Notes: a model not told the origin generated them from the letters alone. A stretch of DNA of 64,000 nucleotides from an uncultured Christensenellaceae bacterium (GCA_963931165.1 OZ006985.1:975900-1039899); one strand, 5' to 3'; shown: positions 19,538 through 29,344, counted from the first letter of the stretch. Translations and numbers: made by a program.

Positions 19538-20620
19538 ATGAAAGAGACTGCTTTGAGGCGGACAAAGTTGATCGCATTGATCGCGCTGTTTGCGGCGCTG
19601 GCGGCTGTCGGGGCGTTTGTCAAGATCCCGATCGGCACGGTGCCGGTGACGCTGCAATTCGCGTTTTGCAATTTGGCGATGTTGCTGCTCGGGTGGAAGT
19701 GGGGGACGGTGAGCATCGCCGTCTATCTCGTCTTGGGGCTGGTCGGCGTGCCCATCTTTACTTTGGGCGGAGGGCTCGGCTATGTTTTGCAGCCGACGTT
19801 CGGCTACCTGCTCGGGTTCGCGCTCGGCTGTCTTGCCGGAGGGGCGGTCTGTTCGCGCGGCGTCAACGGCTTTGCGCGCCGCCTTTGCGGCAGCCTTGTC
19901 AACCTTGTCATCGTCTATACGGTCGGGGTGCTCTACCTCGGCTTGATCATGAAGTTTCACTTGGGGAAGGACGTCGACGTCGCGCACATCGTCGTCGCCT
20001 ACGGGCTTGTGTTCTTGCCCACGGACGCGCTTTGGGCGGCGCTGGGCGCGCTTGCCGCGCCGCGCATTTTGCCCTACGTTTGGGGGCGCGACTCCGCCGA
20101 GGTCAAACGCCTCGACCCCGTCGACGGCTACATTCGCCGCATAGCTTCGGGCGGCGCTTTGAACGAGATGGAATTGCGCAGGTTGAGGTATGTCCGCCTG
20201 CCGCGGTTGTGCGACGCGGCGCGCCGTTTGCAATGCGCAGCGCAAGCGAAGAGATGTCAAACGGAGCAAAGCGACGTCTCGTCAAATGTGCCTTTAACGG
20301 ACACGGGCACCGAAAAATCACTTGCGCAGAGCAAGGGCGACGACTGCTTGACGCCCGTCGTCATTGCTCCGAAAGAGAAGTTCAAAGACTGCGTCCGCAG
20401 CCTTGCCGCCGTGGCGCGCTCTGGCGCAACTTGCGTCGTCATCGGCGTCGCCCAAGAGGATGGCAAGGGCGGCTCGCCTCACGACTTGCGCCGCCTCATC
20501 GCGACCGCGCGCTTTGCGCTGCCGCTTGCTCATATCGCAGTGCGAGGGATTTGCGACCGTGCCCTCTTGCGCTGCGGCGCGGACGAGGTCGGCTGCGGCG
20601 GCGCGAGCGTGAAAATTTGA
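19538..20620 (+). CDS. bioY: Biotin transporter BioY (ECF S-component) fused to a ~170-aa C-terminal extension resembling a degenerate N-terminal fragment of biotin synthase BioB
   Basis: Residues 1-185 are typical BioY (VPVTLQFAFCNLAMLLLGWKWG, GYLLGF). There is no stop until 20620. The extension shows a BioB-like pattern (GATCVVIGVAQEDG, LAHIAVRGICDRALLRCGADEVG) but lacks the CxxxCxxC motif. Confidence 0.65.
   Translation: MKETALRRTKLIALIALFAALAAVGAFVKIPIGTVPVTLQFAFCNLAMLLLGWKWGTVSIAVYLVLGLVGVPIFTLGGGLGYVLQPTFGYLLGFALGCLAGGAVCSRGVNGFARRLCGSLVNLVIVYTVGVLYLGLIMKFHLGKDVDVAHIVVAYGLVFLPTDALWAALGALAAPRILPYVWGRDSAEVKRLDPVDGYIRRIASGGALNEMELRRLRYVRLPRLCDAARRLQCAAQAKRCQTEQSDVSSNVPLTDTGTEKSLAQSKGDDCLTPVVIAPKEKFKDCVRSLAAVARSGATCVVIGVAQEDGKGGSPHDLRRLIATARFALPLAHIAVRGICDRALLRCGADEVGCGGASVKI
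20301..20320 (+). repeat. Copy A of recurrent motif ACACGGGCAC(C)GAAAAATCA
   Basis: Read directly. See copies at 29860-29876 (-), 32602-32620 (+) and 52884-52902 (+). Confidence 0.6.
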
Positions 20621-20756
20621 ATTTTTCACTCAAAACCACGGGATTTTGTCCACATTTGATACTTTTTGCCCAAAAGGCTTGAAATTGTCGCCGATAGATA
20701 GTATCATAATACATATAATGTCATTGGGCGGCGCGCGCCGTCCGAGGAGAGAAGGT

Positions 20757-21635
20757 ATGCAAAGAGTTAGGAAGGCGGTCATCCCCGCCGCCGGATTCGG
20801 TACGAGATTTTTGCCGGCGACAAAGGCGCTCCCCAAAGAGATGCTCCCCATCGTCGACACCCCCACGCTGCAATACGTCGTCGAAGAGGCGGTCGCCAGC
20901 GGCGTCACCGAGATCCTCATCATCTTGGGCAAAAACAAAAAGTGCATCGAGGACCACTTCGACATCGCCGTCGAGCTGGAACAGATCCTCGAAAGACAGG
21001 GCAAAAAAGACTATCTCAAAATGATCCGCGACATCGCCGACATGGCGCACATCCACTACGTCCGCCAAAAGGAGATGAACGGGTCGGGCAGGGCTGTGCT
21101 CGAAGCCGAGGCGTTCATCGCCGGCGAACCCTTTGCGGTCATGTTCGGCGACGACATCGTCTACAACCCCCAAAAACCATGCCTTGCGCAATTGATCGAC
21201 GCGTTCGAGAACACCGGCAAGTGCATCCTGGGCTGCCAGGAAGTCCCCGAAAAGGAGACCTTCAAATACGGCATCGTCAAGCCCGGCGCGGTCAAGGGCA
21301 GATATTCCGAGGTCAAACAGATCGTCGAAAAACCCGCTCCCGGCACCGCCCCCTCGCGTCTCGCCAGCATCGGCAGATATGTGTTCACCGCCGACATCTT
21401 CGACCTCATCAAGCAGTCCAAACCATCCAAGGGCGGCGAGGTCTACCTCACCGACGCGATCGAGATGATGGCGGCTTCGACGGGCGTCTATGCCTACAAC
21501 TTCGAGGGCAGACGCTACGACGTCGGCGACAAGCAGGGCTTCCTCGAGGCGACGATCGAGTATGCGCTGCGCGATAAAGCGCTCAAAGACGGGCTTGCCG
21601 ACTATCTCAAGAAGCTGGCCCCCACGCTTGATTGA
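20757..21635 (+). CDS. galU: UTP--glucose-1-phosphate uridylyltransferase
   Basis: ATG 20757 behind GAGGAGAGAAGG. N-terminus KAVIPAAGFGTRFLPATKALPKEMLPIVD. Confidence 0.9.
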   Translation: MQRVRKAVIPAAGFGTRFLPATKALPKEMLPIVDTPTLQYVVEEAVASGVTEILIILGKNKKCIEDHFDIAVELEQILERQGKKDYLKMIRDIADMAHIHYVRQKEMNGSGRAVLEAEAFIAGEPFAVMFGDDIVYNPQKPCLAQLIDAFENTGKCILGCQEVPEKETFKYGIVKPGAVKGRYSEVKQIVEKPAPGTAPSRLASIGRYVFTADIFDLIKQSKPSKGGEVYLTDAIEMMAASTGVYAYNFEGRRYDVGDKQGFLEATIEYALRDKALKDGLADYLKKLAPTLD

Positions 21636-21644
21636 CAAATTGGC

Positions 21645-21673
21645 AAAATTCGCGGCACATGTCGCGAATTTTT
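21645..21673 (+). terminator. Rho-independent terminator after galU
   Basis: Stem AAAATTCGCG/CGCGAATTTT with an 8-nt loop, T-rich tail. Confidence 0.6.
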
Positions 21674-21692
21674 GCGCTCCGAACGGGTGAAT

Positions 21693-22397
21693 ATGCAATT
21701 CGGTACAAAGAGACTCAAATATCTGTATTTTGCGATCAAACTCGCCGTCATCGCCGTCATCGGCGCGGCGATGAGCTATTGCGCGCACCTCGTCTTTTGG
21801 CGCATGCTGGGCGGACAAGCCTCGATCGGCGTGCTGTCAGCGTTCGTCGGCGGCGTCTGCGGAGCGGTGCTGCTCGCCGCGGCGGTTTTTGCGCTCCTCT
21901 GGCTGGCGGAGAGAAAAAAGGACGTCCCCAAGCCGAGCATTGCCGAGGCGGAGGCGCTGTTTTGCGTCAAGACGTGCGTCCCTCTCGCCGCAGGGAGAGA
22001 GGTCGACGAGATCGCCAAAGAGGGCGACGCCGGCGGCGTATTGTGTCTGCAATCGACATTGTTGATCGCGACCGCCGTCCAATTCCTCGCGCTGATCGTC
22101 AAGACGTCTTTGACCGCGACGACGTGGGTGTCGCTCGCGCTCGCGGTGCTGCTCGCGATCACGATCATTGTCGGGCAGGCAAAGCGCGTCAAGCAACCGC
22201 CGCTCGACGCAGACGCGCTCGTGCGCAAACTCGCCGAGTACCGCGCGCTCAACCCCAAACCGCCCAAGGGCAAAAAGGGCGGCGACGGGCAGTCCGCGCC
22301 CGAAGAGCCGCGCGAAACTTCGCGGCAACGCGGAGAAGAAGTCCCCTCGGATGAAGCCGCGAGCGACGGCGATGAAGAGAGCGAAAACAGCCTTTGA
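21693..22397 (+). CDS. Hypothetical membrane protein with an acidic C-terminal tail
   Basis: About 4 hydrophobic helices followed by a Lys/Glu/Asp-rich tail (EEVPSDEAASDGDEESENSL). Start placed after the galU terminator. No family recognised. Confidence 0.45.
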   Translation: MQFGTKRLKYLYFAIKLAVIAVIGAAMSYCAHLVFWRMLGGQASIGVLSAFVGGVCGAVLLAAAVFALLWLAERKKDVPKPSIAEAEALFCVKTCVPLAAGREVDEIAKEGDAGGVLCLQSTLLIATAVQFLALIVKTSLTATTWVSLALAVLLAITIIVGQAKRVKQPPLDADALVRKLAEYRALNPKPPKGKKGGDGQSAPEEPRETSRQRGEEVPSDEAASDGDEESENSL

Positions 22398-22416
22398 AAT
22401 TAGCTTGAATTTTTGC

Positions 22417-22445
22417 TTGACTAATAATATATTTGTGAGTATAAT
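22417..22445 (+). promoter_or_regulatory. Sigma-A type promoter of rpmE (TTGACT-N17-TATAAT)
   Basis: Hexamers at 22417-22422 and 22440-22445. Confidence 0.6.
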
Positions 22446-22478
22446 GGTTGTTGCATAAATAAAGGAGAGGTGAACGAC

Positions 22479-22682
22479 ATGAAAGAGAGCATTCAGCCCC
22501 AATATCACGACGTCGTCGTCCAGTGCAGCTGCGGAGCCAAATTCGTCTGCGGCACGACCAAGGATACCGACGTGATCAAAGTCGAAGTTTGCAACAAGTG
22601 CCATCCCTTCTATACCGGCAAGCAAAAGCTGGTGGATACGGGCGGCAGGGTCGATAAGTTCAAGAAGCGTTACGGCATGTGA
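22479..22682 (+). CDS. rpmE: 50S ribosomal protein L31
   Basis: ATG 22479, 8 nt after AAAGGAGAGG. Contains the CxC...[13 protein letters not shown] motif. Confidence 0.95.
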   Translation: MKESIQPQYHDVVVQCSCGAKFVCGTTKDTDVIKVEVCNKCHPFYTGKQKLVDTGGRVDKFKKRYGM

Positions 22683-22688
22683 GCTACG

Positions 22689-22722
22689 ATGGTGCAAGAG
22701 CTTATCTTGCACCATATTTTTT
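22689..22722 (+). terminator. Rho-independent terminator after rpmE
   Basis: Perfect 11-bp stem ATGGTGCAAGA/TCTTGCACCAT followed by ATTTTTT. Confidence 0.75.
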
Positions 22723-22733
22723 AAGGAGACGCA

Positions 22734-24020
22734 ATGGCGAGAAAGAGATGTACTTCGATAGGCGGTCAAGCGGTCATCGAGGGCGTCATGATGCGCGGCA
22801 CGCGCAGTATGGCGACCGCAGTCCGCGACGAAAAGGGCAACATCGTCGTCGAAAGCAAGTATATCAAACCCACAAAGGACAAGAATTTTCTGTTCCGAAC
22901 CCCGTTTTTGCGCGGGATCTTCAACTTCGTCGGGACGATGTTCATGGGCGTGGGTACGCTTTTGCGCTCGGGCGAAGTCTTTGACGGCGAAACTCAGCCG
23001 AGCAAGGTCGAAAAGTGGTTCGCCAAGACCTTCAAGGTCGATGTTTTCAGCGTGGTGATGGCGTTCGCGGTCGTCGTGGGCGTCGCGCTGTCGTTGCTTT
23101 TGTTTTATTTTCTGCCCCAACTCGCGGTCACCGGCATCGCCGCCCTGTTCAAGATCGACACCGACGCCAACATAGGCGTTCAGATCGGCATGAACTTGCT
23201 CGAAGGCGCGATCCGTATGCTCATCTTCGTCGCATATATCGCCGCGACCGCGCTGATGAAGGACGTGCGCCGCACCTATATGTACCACGGCGCCGAGCAC
23301 AAGACCATCAGCTGCTATGAGCACGGGCTCGAATTGACCGTCGAGAATGCGCGCACGATGTCCACGATCCACGACCGCTGCGGCACGACGTTCATGTTTT
23401 TGACGATGGTCATCAGCGTGCTCGTGTTTTCGCTGACCGGCTGGTCCGATCAACTGTGGCTGCGCCTGCTGCTCAGGCTCGCGCTCATCCCCATTGTCGC
23501 CGGCATCAGCTATGAAGTGCTCAAATTCCTCGCCAAGTTCGACAACAAGCTCGTCCGCGTCATCAAGGCGCCCGGGCTCGCGCTCCAAAAATTGACCACT
23601 CGTCAGCCGAGCGATGACATGCTCGAGGTCGCGATCGCCGCGTTCAAGACGGTGCAGGCGATGGACGAAGACCCCAATTTGCCCGAATTGCGCTTTGACA
23701 CCAAGCTGCTCGCGCACAAGGTGCAAAAGCAGGTCGTCGAAGCGTGCGGCGGAGACGAGGCAAAGGCGAAAGAGATCATGTGCGCGGTGCTCGCCGTCTC
23801 GCCCGAAGAGCTGGAGCACGTCAGCCACATCAAGCACTCCAAGGCGGAACTCATGCTCATGATCGCCAAGGGCGAAGCTGACCTTGAAACGGAACGCGAA
23901 AAGGCGCTCGCCGCAAAGGCGGAAGAGGAGAGGCAGCTCGCCGCGTCCGAGACCGCCGAAGAGACGGAGCAGCCGCAAGACGAGTGCGACGAAAAGACGG
24001 ACGGAGAAGAGGGCGAGTGA
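22734..24020 (+). CDS. DUF1385 (YqhQ-like) membrane protein with an extended acidic C-terminus
   Basis: IGGQAVIEGVMMRG... and YHGAEHKTI motifs. The position upstream of prmC/prfA is typical for this family. About 110 extra residues at the C-terminus. Confidence 0.8.
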   Translation: MARKRCTSIGGQAVIEGVMMRGTRSMATAVRDEKGNIVVESKYIKPTKDKNFLFRTPFLRGIFNFVGTMFMGVGTLLRSGEVFDGETQPSKVEKWFAKTFKVDVFSVVMAFAVVVGVALSLLLFYFLPQLAVTGIAALFKIDTDANIGVQIGMNLLEGAIRMLIFVAYIAATALMKDVRRTYMYHGAEHKTISCYEHGLELTVENARTMSTIHDRCGTTFMFLTMVISVLVFSLTGWSDQLWLRLLLRLALIPIVAGISYEVLKFLAKFDNKLVRVIKAPGLALQKLTTRQPSDDMLEVAIAAFKTVQAMDEDPNLPELRFDTKLLAHKVQKQVVEACGGDEAKAKEIMCAVLAVSPEELEHVSHIKHSKAELMLMIAKGEADLETEREKALAAKAEEERQLAASETAEETEQPQDECDEKTDGEEGE

Positions 24021-24835
24021 TCGCGCTCAAAGAGATCTTGAAACAAGTCGATTCGCTGCTCGCCGGCACAAACGCCGACGGCAGCGAACGCGAATGGATA
24101 GCCTGCGAGGCGCTCGGGATCAAGCGCGGAGCGCTGCCGCTCGTGCGCGAGGTGAGCGAGGAACAGGCGAAAAAGATGATAGACTACGCGCGTGAGCGCG
24201 CGACCGGCAGACCGCTGTGGCAAGTGTTCGGCTACGCCGAGTTTTGCGGCATGAGGATTGAGGTCGGCGAAGGGGTGCTCTGTCCGCGTCCCGAGACGGA
24301 AGAGCTCGTAGAGCGGGCGGCGGCGTATTGCTGCCCCGGGGTGAAGGCGCTCGACATGTGCACCGGCAGCGGATGCATCGCGATCGCGCTTGCTAAGACG
24401 GGCGCGGATGTGACCGCGAGCGACATCTCCGAGCGCGCGCTCGAAATCGCGGCGCGCAACGCCGAGGCGAACGGCGCAAAAGTGCGCTTTTTGCTGTCCG
24501 ACATTTGGGAGAACATAAACGGCAGGTTTGACGTGATCGTCTCCAATCCGCCATATATCCCGACCGAACAGATCGCGTCGCTCGACCGCGAGGTGCGCGA
24601 CTTTGAGCCGCATTGCGCTTTGGACGGCGGAGAGGACGGCTTGAAATTCTATCGAGAGATAGCGAAGGGGCTCGCCGCTCACCTCGAAGAGGGCGGCATA
24701 TTGCTCGTCGAGATGGGCGAGGAGCAGGGCGAAGCGCTCAAAGCGATGTTCGCGCCGTTCGGCGAGGTGAAGATCGTCAAGGATATCGAGGGCAGGGACA
24801 GGATCGCGGCGGTGAGAATATGTGGGAAAAATTGA
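24017..24835 (+). CDS. prmC: Peptide chain release factor N5-glutamine methyltransferase
   Basis: GTG 24017 overlaps the upstream stop (GTGA). Motifs [12 protein letters not shown] and VSNPPYIP. Confidence 0.85.
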   Translation: MIALKEILKQVDSLLAGTNADGSEREWIACEALGIKRGALPLVREVSEEQAKKMIDYARERATGRPLWQVFGYAEFCGMRIEVGEGVLCPRPETEELVERAAAYCCPGVKALDMCTGSGCIAIALAKTGADVTASDISERALEIAARNAEANGAKVRFLLSDIWENINGRFDVIVSNPPYIPTEQIASLDREVRDFEPHCALDGGEDGLKFYREIAKGLAAHLEEGGILLVEMGEEQGEALKAMFAPFGEVKIVKDIEGRDRIAAVRICGKN

Positions 24836-25884
24836 AAAAACTCAAAGACAGGTTCGACGAATTGACCCGGCAGCTGTCCGATCCCGACGTGATCGCGGAC
24901 ACCGTCCGCTGGCAGAGCGTCGTCAAAGAGCGTTCGTCGCTCGAGAGCGCGGTCGCGCTTTACGACGAATGGCTCGAATGCGACAAGTCGGAGCGCGAGT
25001 GCCGCGAGATCATCGAGGACGGCTCGGACAAGGAGATGTGTGCGCTCGCCCGCGAGGAGCTGACCTCGGTCGAGGCGCGCAAAGAAAAGCTGGAAGAAGA
25101 GCTCAAATTCGAGCTTTTGCCCAAGGATCCCGACGACGACAAAAACGTCATCATGGAGTTCCGCGCCGGCGCCGGCGGCGAGGAGGCGAGCCTGTTCGCG
25201 GCGGTGCTGTTGAGGATGTACACGCGCTTTGCCGAGCGCATGCGCTGGAAGGTCAAACAGATCGAACTCAACGCGACCGACCTCGGCGGAGTCAAAGAGG
25301 CGGTGATCGGCATCAGCGGCAAGGGCGCGTACAGCAAGCTCAAATACGAGAGCGGCGTGCACCGCGTTCAGCGCGTGCCCGAGACGGAGTCGCAGGGGCG
25401 CATCCACACCTCGACCGCGACCGTCGCGGTCATGCCCGAGATGGACGACGTCGACGTCAAGATCGACGAGCGCGACCTCAAAATAGATACCTACCGCAGC
25501 GGCGGAGCGGGCGGACAATATGTCAACAAGACGGAGTCGGCGATCCGCATCACGCATTTGCCGACCGGCATAGTCGTCACTTGCCAGGACGAAAAGTCGC
25601 AGGCAAAAAACCGCGAGAGCGCGATGAAGGTGCTCAAAGCGCGCGTGTACGACCATTTCAAGAACAAGGCGGAGAGCGAATACGCCGCAGGGCGCAGGTC
25701 GCTGATCGGCACCGGAGACCGCTCGGAGCGCATCCGCACCTACAACTATCCGCAGGGCAGGGTGACCGACCACCGCATCAACCGCACGCAATACGACCTC
25801 GAGGACTTCCTCGACGGCGATCTGTTCGAGATGACGGACGCGCTGGCGCTTGCGGACAAGAACGCGCTGCTCGCGCAGCAATGA
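24820..25884 (+). CDS. prfA: Peptide chain release factor 1
   Basis: ATG 24820. PxT-type domain, [21 protein letters not shown] (GGQ motif). Overlaps prmC by 16 nt. Confidence 0.95.
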   Translation: MWEKLKKLKDRFDELTRQLSDPDVIADTVRWQSVVKERSSLESAVALYDEWLECDKSERECREIIEDGSDKEMCALAREELTSVEARKEKLEEELKFELLPKDPDDDKNVIMEFRAGAGGEEASLFAAVLLRMYTRFAERMRWKVKQIELNATDLGGVKEAVIGISGKGAYSKLKYESGVHRVQRVPETESQGRIHTSTATVAVMPEMDDVDVKIDERDLKIDTYRSGGAGGQYVNKTESAIRITHLPTGIVVTCQDEKSQAKNRESAMKVLKARVYDHFKNKAESEYAAGRRSLIGTGDRSERIRTYNYPQGRVTDHRINRTQYDLEDFLDGDLFEMTDALALADKNALLAQQ

Positions 25885-25911
25885 AAACAAACCTTTTTTG
25901 AGAGGCAGGAT

Positions 25912-27303
25912 ATGATCAAGTACAGCAACGAAAAGAACCTCTTGCTCGAGAGCAATTGGAAGCCCTTTTTGCAGGACGTGGACAAGCCCAACCTGTTCCG
26001 CGACCTGTTCGAGTACGACAGCGTGCCAAAGGTCGCTTTCAACTTCCGTCAGACTCCGATGGATATGCCCGACGAAATTTGGATCACCGACACCACGTTC
26101 CGCGACGGACAGCAGTCGACGTCGCCGTTCACCGTCGAGCAGATCGTCGAACTGTACAAGCTGCTCCACAAGCTGGGCGGCCCCAAGGGCATAATCAGAC
26201 AGAGCGAGTTCTTCCTCTATACCGAAAAGGACCGCAAGGCGGTCGAGAAGTGCATGGAGCTTGGGTACGACTTCCCGCAGGTCACAAGCTGGATCAGAGC
26301 CAACGAAAAGGACTTCGAGCTCGTCAAACAGATGGGCATCAAGGAGACGGGCATCCTCGTCAGCTGCTCCGACTATCACATCTTCAAAAAGATGAATCTC
26401 ACGCGTAGTCAGGCGAAGGAAAAATATTTGGCGATAGTCAAGGCGGCGCTCGACAGAGGCATCGTCCCGCGCTGCCACTTCGAGGACATCACCCGCGCCG
26501 ACTTCTACGGCTTCGTCGCGCCGTTCGCGTACGAGCTGATGAAGCTGCGTCAAGAGAGCGGCATCGACGTCAAGATCAGGGCGTGCGACACCTTGGGCTA
26601 CGGCATCAGCTATCCCGGCGTCACGCTGCCGCGCAGCGTCCCGGGCATCATCAGCGGCCTCAAATACTACGCCGAGGTCCCCAGCGAACTGCTCGAATGG
26701 CACGGTCACAACGACTTTTACAAGGTGGTCACCAACGCTACGACCGCATGGCTGTACGGCTGTTCGTCCGTCAACTGCTCGATGCTCGGCATCGGCGAGA
26801 GGACGGGCAACTGTCCGCTCGAAGCGATGGCGATCGAGTATGCGTCGCTCAAAGGCACGGACGACGGCATGGACTTCACCGTCATCACCGACATCGCCAG
26901 ATACTTTGAGGACTCGCTCGGCTACATCATTCCGCCGCAGACGCCGTTCGTCGGCAAGTCGTTCAACACGACTCGCGCCGGCGTGCACGCGGACGGGCTG
27001 CTCAAAGACCAGGAGATCTACAACATCTTCAACACCGAAAAATTGCTCAAAAAGCCGCCGCTCGTCTCCGTCGACGCGCACAGCGGGCTTGCCGGCATCG
27101 CGTATTGGATGAACGCGTTCTACGCGCTTCCCGACTCGCACAAGGTGGACAAGCACGACCCCATCGTCGTCGCGGTCAAGGAGAGAGTGGACAGAGAATA
27201 CGAGGACGGACGCACGACCTATATGGGCGACGACGAGCTCGATCAGATCATCATGGCGCTCGATCCCGAGATGCACAAAAAGCTGGTCGTCAAGTCGTAT
27301 TGA
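25912..27303 (+). CDS. Homocitrate/isopropylmalate synthase-family aldolase (HMGL-like), probable Re-citrate synthase
   Basis: ITDTTFRDGQQS motif and a TIM-barrel HMGL-like pattern (HGHNDF). About 460 aa with no LeuA regulatory domain. Confidence 0.55.
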   Translation: MIKYSNEKNLLLESNWKPFLQDVDKPNLFRDLFEYDSVPKVAFNFRQTPMDMPDEIWITDTTFRDGQQSTSPFTVEQIVELYKLLHKLGGPKGIIRQSEFFLYTEKDRKAVEKCMELGYDFPQVTSWIRANEKDFELVKQMGIKETGILVSCSDYHIFKKMNLTRSQAKEKYLAIVKAALDRGIVPRCHFEDITRADFYGFVAPFAYELMKLRQESGIDVKIRACDTLGYGISYPGVTLPRSVPGIISGLKYYAEVPSELLEWHGHNDFYKVVTNATTAWLYGCSSVNCSMLGIGERTGNCPLEAMAIEYASLKGTDDGMDFTVITDIARYFEDSLGYIIPPQTPFVGKSFNTTRAGVHADGLLKDQEIYNIFNTEKLLKKPPLVSVDAHSGLAGIAYWMNAFYALPDSHKVDKHDPIVVAVKERVDREYEDGRTTYMGDDELDQIIMALDPEMHKKLVVKSY

Positions 27304-27389
27304 AAAAAATAGCATAAATTTGCAAAACCCTATTGAAAAGGGCGCCGATATAATGTAAAATAGAAGTATAAAGATATCGGAGGTAAATT

Positions 27390-27800
27390 ATGCTTACACT
27401 CATCTGCGGGGCGAAAGGCTCCGGAAAGACCAGCCGTATCATCGACAAGGCCAACAAAGACGTCAACGCCGCAAAGGGCGATTGCATCTATGTCAGCGAC
27501 ACCGAGAGATACATGTACGACTTGGACCGCAACGTCAAACTCGTCGACGTCGGACAGTACGGCATAGACGGCGACGCGTTCGGCCCGTTCGTGTTCGGCG
27601 TTATGGCAGGCAGGAGCGACCTCACAAATCTGTACATAGACGGAGTGAGCCGCATCACCGGCAAGTCTCCCGCGGACCTCGAGGGCTTCTATACCAAGCT
27701 CGCCGAGATCGCCGAGAGGGACTCGATCGCGGTGGTTGCGACGGTCAGCGCCGCGGCGGACGACTTGCCCGACTACTTGATGAAGTACAAGATCATCTGA
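27390..27800 (+). CDS. Small (136-aa) P-loop NTPase of unknown function
   Basis: SD GGAGG upstream. Walker A ICGAKGSGKTS at residues 5-15 and a Walker-B-like NLYIDG. No further domain. Confidence 0.55.
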   Translation: MLTLICGAKGSGKTSRIIDKANKDVNAAKGDCIYVSDTERYMYDLDRNVKLVDVGQYGIDGDAFGPFVFGVMAGRSDLTNLYIDGVSRITGKSPADLEGFYTKLAEIAERDSIAVVATVSAAADDLPDYLMKYKII

Positions 27801-27816
27801 TCCGAAAGGAGATTTT

Positions 27817-29325
27817 ATGAAATATACCAGCACTCGCGACGCTTCCGTCGCGATAGACAGCGCGCAGGCGATCGTCAACGGGCTGTCTCCCGACGGGGGA
27901 CTCTATGTCCCCCAATCTTTTCCGGGGCTCAGCCGCGCCGACTTCGACGAACTGTGCGGCATGGATTACCCCGAGAGGGCGGCAAAGGTCATGTCGCTCT
28001 ATCTCACCGACTTCACCTATGAAGAACTGCTGAGCTATACGCGCAAAGCATACGCGCGCTTTTACGGCGATCCCTGTCCGCTCGTGCGTGTGGACGAGGG
28101 GCTGTATGTGCTCGAACTTTGGCACGGTCCGACCTGCGCGTTCAAGGATATGGCGCTGACCATGCTGCCGCATCTTCTGACCGCCGCGCGCCGCAAGGTG
28201 GGCGAAAAGGATAAGTCGCTGATCATGGTCGCGACGTCGGGCGACACCGGCAAGGCGGCGCTCGAGGGCTTCCGCGACGTCGAGGGGACGGACATCATCG
28301 TATTCTATCCGACGGGCGGCGTCTCCGACATGCAAAAGCGGCAGATGATGACCCAAGAGGGCGAAAACGTCTGCGTCTGTGCGATCGAGGGCAACTTCGA
28401 CGACACTCAAAGCGCGGTCAAGAACATCTTTGCGGACAAGGATATGGGCGCGAAATTGCACGAGCGCGGCTTCAAACTGTGCTCCGCCAACAGCATCAAT
28501 TGGGGCAGACTGGTGCCGCAGATCGCCTACTATATCTCCGCATATTGCGACCTTCTGAACGAGGGCAAGGTCGAGTTCGGCGACAAGGTCGACTTCTGCG
28601 TCCCCAGCGGCAATTTCGGCAACATCCTCGCCGCGTATTACGCGATGAAGATGGGGCTTCCCGTCAACAAGCTGATCTGCGCGTCCAACGTCAACAACGT
28701 GCTCACCGACTTTTTCACGACGGGCAAGTACGACATCGAACGTGAGTTCCACAAGACGATCAGTCCCTCGATGGACATCTTGATCTCGTCCAATCTCGAG
28801 CGTCTCTTGTTTGAGATCAGCGACCGCAACGCGTCCCTCATCGCAGAGCGCATGGACGCGCTCAAAAAGAAGGGGAGCTATTCCGTCACCAAGGCGGAGC
28901 TCAACCGCATGCGCGCGCTGTTCGAGGTCGGCTATGCGGACGACGACGCGACAAAGAGCGCGATCGACGCGGCGATGGATCTGTACGGCTATCTGATGGA
29001 TACGCACACCGCCGTCGCCTACAACGTGTGGTGCGAATACAACAACGCCTGCCCCGAGGACGAGTGCCCGGCGATCATTGTTTCGACCGCCAATGCGTTC
29101 AAGTTCTCCGGCGACGTGCTGACCGCTTTGACCGGCGGCAGGAAGGACGCCGACGCGTTCGAGGATTGCAAAAAACTGTCCGCGTTCTCCGGCGCCGAGA
29201 TCCCCGAGCCGATCGCCGCGCTCAAAGACAAAAAGATACGCTTTGACGAGGTCATTGACAAGGCTGCGATCGCAGGCAAGGTGTTGGAGTTCGCCGACGT
29301 CTTGGCGGCAAAGGACAAAGCCTGA
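27817..29325 (+). CDS. thrC: Threonine synthase (long form)
   Basis: MKYTSTRD... N-terminus, PTCAFKDMA (PLP lysine) and SGNFGN motifs. Confidence 0.9.
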   Translation: MKYTSTRDASVAIDSAQAIVNGLSPDGGLYVPQSFPGLSRADFDELCGMDYPERAAKVMSLYLTDFTYEELLSYTRKAYARFYGDPCPLVRVDEGLYVLELWHGPTCAFKDMALTMLPHLLTAARRKVGEKDKSLIMVATSGDTGKAALEGFRDVEGTDIIVFYPTGGVSDMQKRQMMTQEGENVCVCAIEGNFDDTQSAVKNIFADKDMGAKLHERGFKLCSANSINWGRLVPQIAYYISAYCDLLNEGKVEFGDKVDFCVPSGNFGNILAAYYAMKMGLPVNKLICASNVNNVLTDFFTTGKYDIEREFHKTISPSMDILISSNLERLLFEISDRNASLIAERMDALKKKGSYSVTKAELNRMRALFEVGYADDDATKSAIDAAMDLYGYLMDTHTAVAYNVWCEYNNACPEDECPAIIVSTANAFKFSGDVLTALTGGRKDADAFEDCKKLSAFSGAEIPEPIAALKDKKIRFDEVIDKAAIAGKVLEFADVLAAKDKA

Positions 29326-29344
29326 GCAAAAGCTGCGAAATGCG

